A stretch of DNA of 32,000 nt from Ignicoccus hospitalis KIN4/I (GTDB lineage: Archaea; Thermoproteota; Thermoprotei_A; Sulfolobales; Ignicoccaceae). The DNA is taken from NCBI RefSeq assembly GCF_000017945.1, contig NC_009776.1, positions 450,001-482,000 of the forward strand, in the 5' to 3' direction. Below, piece after piece: positions 1 to 7,133 of the stretch (positions are counted from its first letter, which is position 1; the number at the start of each line of letters is the position of its first letter). The translations under genes were made by a program, and so were the position numbers. The notes under the pieces were generated by a model. That model saw only the letters and a list, made by a program, of their open reading frames with translations, was not told where the DNA came from and searched no databases.

Positions 1-97
1 TGTTGAAGGGGGTCGAAGGGGTCAGTGAGGTAGAAATAGAAACGGTCCACAGGATGAGCTACTAGCGCTTTTTGGTATAACCGACGCGAGTACTCCC

Positions 98-107
98 CTA
101 TATTAGG
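98..107 (+). promoter_or_regulatory. TATA-box-like element upstream of ORF 140..763
   Basis: CTATATTAGG is centred about 38 nt upstream of the ATG at 140. It is the only AT-rich patch in this short gap. Confidence 0.35.
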
Positions 108-139
108 TATGAGGGCGACTGACCCTTAGGGGCCGCCCG

Positions 140-763
140 ATGAGCTTAGCCCTAGCGCGCGTAAGGGAGTTCTTGGAAGAGTACGGGGAGAGGGCGGCCC
201 TCGTGCTCAAGGCTGCCCTCCAAGTTACTGACAAGTACAGGGCGGAGGGCAAGAACGCGCTGGGGGACTTCGACTACAAGGGGCTTACCCAAACTCTGAA
301 ACTGATGGGGGTGGAGTACAAGCCCTCCTTGCTCCTATCGAAGTTAGAGAAAGAGTACGGAATAATTGAGACCACCTACAAGTCGGGAAACCAGCACTGG
401 TGGAGGTTCGTAGAGGAGGACGCCGTAAGGGAGGCCTTGGAAGAGGAGGACGAAGTAGAGGACCCCAAGTTGGTGATGCTGAAGGTCCAAGCGGCCGCGT
501 TGGGGCTGGAAGAAATTAAGGGGAAGCTCAAGCTCCTCCTCTCCAAGAAGAGGCTGAGCGCCTCGGACAAGAAGTGGTTCCGGAACTTCGCGTTCGAAAC
601 GCTACCCTTGGTAGCGAAGCTCGCGCAGGAGGTAGTGGAGGAGGGCTACGAGGACCCCGAACTCTTGGAGGCTTTGAGGGTTCTGAAGCTCTCCCTCAAG
701 GTGGCGTCCAAGCTCAAATCTAAGGTCCCGCTCGACTTGCCCTCCTTGGAGGTGGAGGAGTGA
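140..763 (+). CDS. hypothetical protein, possible winged-helix-like middle region, acidic C-terminus
   Basis: 207-aa ORF with K/E/L-rich composition like the recognisable proteins here. Its stop overlaps the GTG start of the next ORF (GTGA at 760-763), suggesting translational coupling. I recognise no catalytic motif. Confidence 0.6.
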   Translation: MSLALARVREFLEEYGERAALVLKAALQVTDKYRAEGKNALGDFDYKGLTQTLKLMGVEYKPSLLLSKLEKEYGIIETTYKSGNQHWWRFVEEDAVREALEEEDEVEDPKLVMLKVQAAALGLEEIKGKLKLLLSKKRLSASDKKWFRNFAFETLPLVAKLAQEVVEEGYEDPELLEALRVLKLSLKVASKLKSKVPLDLPSLEVEE

Positions 764-1611
764 GCTGGGAGCCCCTAGCTTCGGAGACCTTGGGAGTTAG
801 GAGCATGGCCCTCGCGGTGGGAAGGGTAGTCATAGACCCCTCCGCCTCCCTGGCCCCCAAGCGGTTCGGCTTGCCCCCTCACCCCTTGGAGTGGGGGGCG
901 CTGAAGGAGGCGGCCGAGAGGATAGTGAGGGCCGTGGAGAGGAGCGAGGCCGTCGTCATAACCCACTACCACCGCGACCACTACAACCCCGGCTGGCTCT
1001 ACGACTATTCCGTTTACGACGGAAAGACCCTATTCATTAAGGATCCCAAGAACAACATCAACGTCAGCCAGAAGATAAGGGCGCACAAGTTCTTGAAGGC
1101 TCTGGAGAAGATGAAGGTGAACGTTCGGGTCGTGGTGGCCGACGGGAGGGAGTTCGAGGAGTTCGACCTCTCCTTCTCCCCTCCATTAGTGCACGGAGAA
1201 CCGAAGTTGGGTTATGTAATAGCCGTCAAAGTCGGGAAGGTCTTGTTTACCTCGGACATAGAGGGAGGGGACGAGGCCGCTAGGGAGTGGGCCAAGTCCC
1301 AAGGGGCCGAAGTGTTGATCGCCGACGGCCCTCCGCTGTACTTAAAGAAGGAGTTCGACGTGGAGGGCTTCAAGGAGTTCTTGCGCTCCTTCCCCTTCGC
1401 GGTGGTGGACCACCACCCGGCCCGGGTGGCCTCTTGGAGGGAGGCCTTGGGGCCCGTGAGGGCCTACTCGGACGTCTTGGGGGTCGAGGAGAGGCTCTTG
1501 GAGGCCAAGAGGAGGGAGCTGTACGAGCTCCACCCGGTGGAGGAGGGGTGGTTTAAGTTTCGCTTCCGAGACATGAGGTCTATCTATTTTACAGAAAACC
1601 CTATTAATTAG
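760..1611 (+). CDS. metallo-beta-lactamase-fold hydrolase (archaeal UPF0282-like)
   Basis: HYHRDH (HxHxDH) motif, later SDIEGGD and VVDHH metal-ligand-like positions. About 280 aa, typical of the small archaeal MBL family. Confidence 0.7.
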   Translation: MSWEPLASETLGVRSMALAVGRVVIDPSASLAPKRFGLPPHPLEWGALKEAAERIVRAVERSEAVVITHYHRDHYNPGWLYDYSVYDGKTLFIKDPKNNINVSQKIRAHKFLKALEKMKVNVRVVVADGREFEEFDLSFSPPLVHGEPKLGYVIAVKVGKVLFTSDIEGGDEAAREWAKSQGAEVLIADGPPLYLKKEFDVEGFKEFLRSFPFAVVDHHPARVASWREALGPVRAYSDVLGVEERLLEAKRRELYELHPVEEGWFKFRFRDMRSIYFTENPIN

Positions 1612-1640
1612 GTCACGGGGCTTCAGACGGCGATCAATCA

Positions 1641-2966
1641 GTGCCCGCCGCCGCCAGAGTGCCCCTCTTCGTTGACGATTTGGTGATGGTAGGGGTAAAC
1701 TACAAGACGTCCGGGAAGGAGCTGGTCGAGAAGGCCCAGTTCCCCGACCCTCTGGCGGCCTACTCGGCGATCAGCAGGATACCGGCAGTGAGGGAAGTGG
1801 TCCTACTCCAGACTTGCAATAGGGTAGAAGTTTACGCAATAACGACTAACAAAAAGGCCACTGTAGAGTCCATCAAGAGCTTGTTGGAAGCTAGGGCGGG
1901 GGAGCCCATACCGGAGGAAAAGTTCGTCATTTACTACGGCACGGACGCCGTGAGGCACTTGTTCCGCGTGGCAGCTGGTTTGGAATCCATGGTGCTCGGA
2001 GAGCCGGACATATTGAGGCAAGTTAGGGAGGCGGCGGAGTTCGCTGCCAAAGAGGGGTACATAGGTAAAGCGTTGAAGCTGACGTTCGAGAACGCAGTAA
2101 GAGTGGGGAAGAGGGTGAGGACGGAGACTGCGCTGGGGAAGGGCAGCATAGGCATCCCCTCTGCCTCGGTCAAGCTCTTGGAGGAGCTGATAGGGCTCGA
2201 GGGGAAGAAGCTGCTCGTGGTGGGCGCCGGGATGGCCGGGAGGGTGGTGGCAGTCAACGCAGCGAAGAGGGGAGCCAAAGTGATAATCGTTAACAGAACT
2301 TTAAGCAAGGCGAAAGAGCTGGCCGAGGAGGTCGGCGGGGAGGCCTACCCCTTGGAGGAGCTCCCCCGGCTCCTAAGGGAGGCGGACGCGGTGGTGGTCG
2401 CCGTGGGAGGGGGGAGCAAGGTAATAACTAGGGACGCGGTGGCAGAAGTAAACAAGAAGCTGGTGATAGTGGACATTTCCGAACCTCCGGCCGTAGACCC
2501 TGGAGTTTCCTTAAACCCCTACGTGATATACAAAGACATGTTAGCGGTGGCGGAAGTGGCGAACAGGGGACTGGAGAAGAGGAAGTCAGAAATAAAGAGG
2601 GCCGAAGACATAATAGAGGCGGAGCTGAACAAGTTCGTTAACTTCGCCCAGAGGGTGTTAGCGGACAAGATCTTAAGGGAGTTGATGGAGAAGGTAGAAC
2701 AGATTAGAATAAACGAGCTCTCCAAGGCGATGGCCAAAGTACCCCAAGAGTACGCAGAGGTGTTGGACAAGATGACGTCGTCCCTAGTCAAGAAGGTTCT
2801 AAAGGACGTCATCTTGAAGGTGAGGGAAGCTGCCGGGAAGGGGGACCTAACCACCTTGAGGATAGTGGCGGAAGTCTTCGACTTGAAAGAGTCCTTGAAC
2901 AACATAGAAATAATATACGATTACAACGGCGTGGAACAAGAGCTCAAACGGAAGCTCGAGCTTTAA
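1641..2966 (+). CDS. hemA: glutamyl-tRNA reductase
   Basis: LQTCNRVEVY catalytic-Cys signature, GAGMAGR NADPH-binding loop, long helical C-terminal dimerisation domain. GTG 1641 is the longest start. TTG 1680 or ATG 1686 (MVGVNYKTS) would give a more typical short N-terminus. Confidence 0.9.
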   Translation: MPAAARVPLFVDDLVMVGVNYKTSGKELVEKAQFPDPLAAYSAISRIPAVREVVLLQTCNRVEVYAITTNKKATVESIKSLLEARAGEPIPEEKFVIYYGTDAVRHLFRVAAGLESMVLGEPDILRQVREAAEFAAKEGYIGKALKLTFENAVRVGKRVRTETALGKGSIGIPSASVKLLEELIGLEGKKLLVVGAGMAGRVVAVNAAKRGAKVIIVNRTLSKAKELAEEVGGEAYPLEELPRLLREADAVVVAVGGGSKVITRDAVAEVNKKLVIVDISEPPAVDPGVSLNPYVIYKDMLAVAEVANRGLEKRKSEIKRAEDIIEAELNKFVNFAQRVLADKILRELMEKVEQIRINELSKAMAKVPQEYAEVLDKMTSSLVKKVLKDVILKVREAAGKGDLTTLRIVAEVFDLKESLNNIEIIYDYNGVEQELKRKLEL

Positions 2967-2998
2967 CCTCCGCCTCCGTCGCCCCGCGGGCACGCCCT

Positions 2999-3097
2999 TT
3001 GTGGAGGGTCGCGGTAGACGTAGGCGGCACGTTCACGGACCTCTTCGCCGTGGGTCCCAGAGGTTACGAAAGGGTCAAGGTGCTCTCCACCCCCTAA
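2999..3097 (+). other. detached 5' fragment (32 codons) of the hydantoinase/oxoprolinase gene, ending at TAA 3095-3097
   Basis: TTG 2999 then WRVAVDVGGTFTDLFAVGPRGYERVKVLSTP*. DVGGTFTD is the N-terminal ATPase phosphate-1 motif of the hydantoinase A family. Reading continues seamlessly in the next frame (KAPERGALEAIREFL...) if one C of the C5 run at 3090-3094 is removed. Confidence 0.6.
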
Positions 3098-3167
3098 GGC
3101 CCCCGAGAGGGGGGCCCTAGAGGCGATAAGGGAGTTCCTCCGCAAGACCCAAGTCGAGCCGGAGGAC

Positions 3168-5006
3168 GTGGGCATAGTGGTTCACGCTACCACGATAGCC
3201 ACCAACGCGCTGTTGGGACAAGAGGGGCTGGAGCTGGGAGAGGTAAGCTTGGTGACCACCAAGGGGTTCGAAGATATAATAGAAATTGCTAGACAATCGA
3301 GGCCCGCGCTGTACGACTTCTCCGGGAGGCGGCCCAAGCCCCTGGTGCCCCCGGAGCTGCGCTTCGGGGTGGAGGAGAGGACCTCTTGGGACGGGAGGGT
3401 TCTGAAAGAGGTAGACGAGGGCGAGCTGGCCTCCCTCGCCCCCAAGCTTCGGGGCACGGTCGCCGTGTGCTTCTTACACAGCTACTCCAACCCCCACAAC
3501 GAGGCCAAGGCCAAGGACGTGTTACGGAACTTGGGCTTCGAGGTAGTCGCCTCCCACGAGTCGGTTATGGAGATGAGGGAGTACGAGAGGTTCAGCACGA
3601 CCATAATAAACGCCGCCTTGAGGCCCGTGGTCAGCTCGTACCTCCTCAAGTTCCGCAAGGGGTTGGACGAGCTCGGGATAAGGGCTCCGCTCATGGTGGT
3701 CGCCAGCTCCGGGGGGCTGGTGGACGAGGAGGAGGCCAAGGCGAGGCCCGGCCAGCTGATAGAGAGCGGGCCGGCAGGAGGGGCGGTGGGCGCGGCCGCC
3801 TACGCGGCCGAGTTGGGGGTTGAGGAGGCCTTGGCCTTCGACATGGGCGGCACCACCGCTAAGGCGAGCGTGGTGGTTAAGGGCAGGCCGGCGCTGGTAC
3901 ACGAGTACGAGGTCGGCGGGAAGGTCCACGCCGGCAGGGTGGTGAAGGGCTCCGGCTACCCGGTTAGATACCCCTTCGTGGACGTGGCCGAGGTCTCCGC
4001 GGGAGGGGGGACCGTAGCGTGGGAGGAAGGAGGGGCGCTCCGCGTGGGGCCCAAGTCCGCGGGGGCCGACCCGGGGCCGGCGTGTTACGGCAGGGGAGGG
4101 AAGCAGCCCACCGTGACGGACGCGGACCTCCTCTTGGGGCGCCTCCCCGAGGAGCTCCCCACCGGGTTGAAGCTTAGGAGGGACCTAGCCCTCGAGGCCT
4201 ACTCCGAGCTCGCCCGGAGGCTCTCCGCGGAGCCCTTGGAGGTGGCGGCAGCAGTAATAGAGGCGATAACTGAGGAGATGGCCAGAGTGGTGAGGGTAGT
4301 GACGGTCGAGAGGGGCTTGGACCCCTCAGACTTGGTCATGATAGCCTACGGGGGCATGGGGCCCCTCCACGGCCCCGAGCTGGCGGAGTTCTTGGGAATG
4401 AAGGAAGTCCTCGTGCCCCCCGGGGCGGGGGTCTTCACAGCCGTAGGCATGCTGTTCGCCGACGCTATGTATAGCACATCAAAGACCGTTAACGCCCCCG
4501 CGGACGAGGACTTGGAGCCCACCTACGCCGAGCTGGAGGGGGTAGCAGTTTCGAGGATGAAGGCAGCTTCCATGGAACCCGACGAGGTGTTGAGGACTGC
4601 CGAGGCGCGCTACGAAGGTCAAGGGTGGACGGTGGAGGTTCCTGTGCCGAGACCCTACTCGCCCCAAGCGGTGAAGAGGGCCTTCGAGGAGGAGCACGAG
4701 AGGAGGTACGGCTTCACGTTGGACTCCGAAGTAATCGTGGAGACGGCGAGGGTTTATACGATTCACAAGTCACCGAAAGTTAGGGTAAAGGCCCCTCCGA
4801 CGGGCCCGGAGCTCCTCTGGGAGGGGGAAGCGTGGTTCCTCAAGCGGGGCTGGGAGGAGGCGAGGGCCTACGCGAGGTTCGGGAAGGGGGAAGTGGAGGG
4901 GCCGGCCATAATAGTGGACTACGACTCGGTGACCCTAGTGCCTCCGGGGTGGAGCGCCAAGGCGTTGGAGGACGGGAGCTTGTTGCTCAAAAAAGGCTCT
5001 ACTTGA
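3168..5006 (+). CDS. hydantoinase/oxoprolinase, A-type (HyuA / acetone carboxylase beta-like), main body
   Basis: 612 aa with HATTIATNALL, FDMGGTTAK, VSAGGGT and AYGGMGPLH, the actin-like ATPase motifs of hydantoinase_A. This frame is open from 3024 but has no start codon before GTG 3168. The true N-terminus lies in another frame (see 2999..3097). Confidence 0.85.
   Translation: MGIVVHATTIATNALLGQEGLELGEVSLVTTKGFEDIIEIARQSRPALYDFSGRRPKPLVPPELRFGVEERTSWDGRVLKEVDEGELASLAPKLRGTVAVCFLHSYSNPHNEAKAKDVLRNLGFEVVASHESVMEMREYERFSTTIINAALRPVVSSYLLKFRKGLDELGIRAPLMVVASSGGLVDEEEAKARPGQLIESGPAGGAVGAAAYAAELGVEEALAFDMGGTTAKASVVVKGRPALVHEYEVGGKVHAGRVVKGSGYPVRYPFVDVAEVSAGGGTVAWEEGGALRVGPKSAGADPGPACYGRGGKQPTVTDADLLLGRLPEELPTGLKLRRDLALEAYSELARRLSAEPLEVAAAVIEAITEEMARVVRVVTVERGLDPSDLVMIAYGGMGPLHGPELAEFLGMKEVLVPPGAGVFTAVGMLFADAMYSTSKTVNAPADEDLEPTYAELEGVAVSRMKAASMEPDEVLRTAEARYEGQGWTVEVPVPRPYSPQAVKRAFEEEHERRYGFTLDSEVIVETARVYTIHKSPKVRVKAPPTGPELLWEGEAWFLKRGWEEARAYARFGKGEVEGPAIIVDYDSVTLVPPGWSAKALEDGSLLLKKGST
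4989..4994 (-). terminator. oligo-T (T6) terminator candidate for the minus-strand gene 4999..5856
   Basis: A6 on the plus strand equals TTTTTT on the minus strand, 5 nt after the TAG stop (4999-5001). It lies inside the last codons (LKKG) of the convergent hydantoinase gene. Confidence 0.3.
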
Positions 5007-5856
5007 GGAACCACTCCAAGGGCACAGTAGCTACTCCCTCGCCCAAGCCGCCGGCGGTGGCGGCGGCCACGTAACCCTCTCCCCTAGCTACGTCGTACAC
5101 CTCGGGAACGCCGACCGCCACCTTAGTAGCCCCGTTCTCGACCAGCACCAGGCCCATGTTGGTGCCGCGCAGCCCTACGATCGCCTTGTCGGGGGAGAGG
5201 GCTAGGACCGCGCAAGCCCTACCCTTCTCAGGCGTCCAAACGAACACCGTGACGTTGCCGGTGACGCTGAAGGCGTTCAAGGTACCGTTGTGAACGTAGA
5301 ACACTATGCCTCCGGTGTAGTCAGCGTCCCTAACGGTGACGTTGGTTATCATCCTGACAGCGTTGCCCTCGTACAAGTAGAGGCCCTCGTCGCCGAAGAA
5401 CAGCAGCGCCTCGCCGCCCTCCACCTCGGGCGCCGGGGCGTTCACCTCCTTGACCAGCGTCGCGGTGGTGCCGTTCAGCTTGAAGAAGTAGGCCTTGAGA
5501 CCCTCCTCGTCGCGCACGGTGACCACTGCGGTGCCGTTGTAGTAGGCGCAGTCCAAAGAGGTGCCAGTCACGGAGGGGTAGCTCTCGTTGCCCAACACTA
5601 TGTCCTCTATCGGGTAGTAGGTGTTGTTGGTCACTAGCACTAGGTGCGTGAGGTTCTCGGCGGAGGTGCTTACTAGGAAGCCTCCGGGTATTGAAGTCAC
5701 ACAGGTGACGTTCTCGCCCAGGTCGAACTGGGCGACCGTGAGGCCGCTGGTGGCGTTCAGCAAGTACAGCAGGGGGCCTTGGGAAGCCGCTACTAAGTTC
5801 CCGTTAGCTGCTAGGGAGCTTATCAACCCTATGAGGAAGAACGCGCCGTACACCAC
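4999..5856 (-). CDS. secreted or surface beta-rich protein, heavily sequon-decorated, function unknown
   Basis: N-terminal hydrophobic signal/anchor MVYGAFFLIGLISSLAANG. Ten N-x-S/T sequons in 285 aa. Repetitive beta-strand-like V/T/G-rich composition. Confidence 0.6.
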   Translation of the reverse strand: MVYGAFFLIGLISSLAANGNLVAASQGPLLYLLNATSGLTVAQFDLGENVTCVTSIPGGFLVSTSAENLTHLVLVTNNTYYPIEDIVLGNESYPSVTGTSLDCAYYNGTAVVTVRDEEGLKAYFFKLNGTTATLVKEVNAPAPEVEGGEALLFFGDEGLYLYEGNAVRMITNVTVRDADYTGGIVFYVHNGTLNAFSVTGNVTVFVWTPEKGRACAVLALSPDKAIVGLRGTNMGLVLVENGATKVAVGVPEVYDVARGEGYVAAATAGGLGEGVATVPLEWFLK

Positions 5857-5886
5857 TTTTCCCTACGGGTGAGGAGAGCGGGGACG

Positions 5887-5892
5887 AAAAAA
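5887..5892 (-). terminator. oligo-T (T6) terminator candidate after gene 5923..6969
   Basis: The minus strand reads TAGATTTTTTCG about 30 nt after the TGA stop. It could also act as the AT-rich promoter element for the downstream gene that starts at 5856. Confidence 0.35.
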
Positions 5893-5922
5893 TCTACAAG
5901 GTTGGACGAGGTGGAAAGGCGC

Positions 5923-6969
5923 TCACTCCGCGGAGGCCTCCGCGGGCTGGAGCTCCTTCTCCATGAGCTCTCTGGGCGGGTAGCCCAACTCCTTGAAGAA
6001 CATCTTGGTCTCGTTGTCCAGCTCGTCCAGCTTGTCCTTTATGGCGTAGTAGAGCTTCTCCAAAGCGGTGTAAGCCCTGCTGGACAGCTTGCTCTTGAAC
6101 CAAGTTATGTCCTTGGCGTTGCCCACTTGATCGCTGAAGTCGTAGTTCCAGTACTCATCCTTAGTTCTTCCAGTTATCAAGTACTCGAACTCCAGCAACA
6201 GAGTGCCCCTGGGTATTATGTAGTCCCCGAAGCCCTCGAGCATGTTTATTATTTGCCTCTTTATCTTGCTCAAGTTCCTTATGCCGGCGAGCTTGTTGGG
6301 GCTGGGCCTTATCTTTATAACTTGAAGTATTCCGAGGAAGGTCATTATCAAGCTCAGGTCGCTGACGGGCTCGTACCACGGCCTCCCCTCCACGCCCTCA
6401 ATAGCCGGGGTTCTGTTCAGAACTTGCCTGGCGAGCAACAAGTTGTAAGGGCTGGCTTGCTTGAACTTCTCCAACAAGGCCAGCTGGCTCAGGCTGCTCA
6501 CTTGGGTCACGCCGAACATGGTGTGTCTGGCCGGCGTGGTCACCATCAAGTTCACGTAGAAGCTGAACATCAACGCCGCGGACGGGTCGTCCTTGAGGAC
6601 GTCGTAGACGAACTGGCTCACCGGGGTCCTCCTCACCGCCAAGCTGGTCAGCCTGCTGGGCACCTCGTCGTAGGAGACCACCTCCAGCACGTTGAAGGCT
6701 TCAAGAACCCTCAAGTAATACAGCAGGTCGGTCATGCCGAAGTTCTTGAGGCTGGGGTACTTGTCGCCCAGCTTGTCCACGTGCGTCATCCCGCCGAGCA
6801 TGTCGGAGAGCCTTACCCCCTTGCCGTAGGGCTCGTCCGCGTTCACTAGGAGGTCTCGGTAGAACTCGAGGAAGCCCCTGATGTTGCTAAGCTTCCCTTG
6901 AGCGGCAGCAATCACTTCTTTGAACCTTTTGGGCGTCCAGAGTTCGGGGCTTAACGGTATTACTAACAT
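5923..6969 (-). CDS. hypothetical protein, 348 aa, no recognisable family
   Basis: ATG start preceded by GGAGGAGGAAG (Shine-Dalgarno-like) and a strong TATA box about 42 nt upstream. Balanced helix-rich composition. The opposite-strand 326-aa ORF has shadow-frame composition (L/V/Q/H/G-rich). Confidence 0.7.
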   Translation of the reverse strand: MLVIPLSPELWTPKRFKEVIAAAQGKLSNIRGFLEFYRDLLVNADEPYGKGVRLSDMLGGMTHVDKLGDKYPSLKNFGMTDLLYYLRVLEAFNVLEVVSYDEVPSRLTSLAVRRTPVSQFVYDVLKDDPSAALMFSFYVNLMVTTPARHTMFGVTQVSSLSQLALLEKFKQASPYNLLLARQVLNRTPAIEGVEGRPWYEPVSDLSLIMTFLGILQVIKIRPSPNKLAGIRNLSKIKRQIINMLEGFGDYIIPRGTLLLEFEYLITGRTKDEYWNYDFSDQVGNAKDITWFKSKLSSRAYTALEKLYYAIKDKLDELDNETKMFFKELGYPPRELMEKELQPAEASAE

Positions 6970-7005
6970 CTTCCTCCTCCCCGAGCGTTCCTAAGGGGAA
7001 AGGGG

Positions 7006-7017
7006 GATATAAATAAC
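7006..7017 (-). promoter_or_regulatory. TATA box for gene 5923..6969
   Basis: The minus strand reads GTTATTTATATC, the most AT-rich element of the 164-nt divergent intergenic region. It is centred about 42 nt upstream of the ATG at 6969. Confidence 0.5.
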
Positions 7018-7085
7018 TACGCGCAGCCCCGCTACCTACCTTTATGCTCCCTACACCCTTCAGTTGCCCTTGAACGACGCTGCGT

Positions 7086-7100
7086 CCTTTTGAAAAACCC
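7086..7100 (+). promoter_or_regulatory. candidate TATA/BRE element for reverse gyrase
   Basis: CCTTTTGAAAAACCC is centred about 41 nt upstream of the TTG start at 7134. A similar TTTTGAA core lies upstream of 26977, and a related TTATTGAAA (23746-23754) lies in the cytochrome/aroC divergent gap. Confidence 0.3.
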
Positions 7101-7133
7101 TTAAGCCGGCTACGCCGCCGCGGGGCCGAAGGC

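Noticed and set aside
1-73. Possible gene end or start at the left edge
   Set aside because: Plus frame 3 reads ...LKGVEGVSEVEIETVHRMSY-TAG (stop 63-65) followed by a T5 run (69-73), which looks like a gene 3' end plus terminator. However, a minus-strand GTG at 50 (MDRFYFYLTDPFDPLQ...) is also open. About 20 codons are too few to decide, so I did not call a feature.
5869-6849. 326-aa plus-strand ORF antisense to the 348-aa gene
   Set aside because: Its composition (L/V/Q/H/G/A-rich, few K/I/N/F) is typical of the shadow frame of a GC-rich gene. It has no promoter or SD-like signal. The minus-strand ORF has a TATA box, an SD-like tract, a T-run and normal composition.
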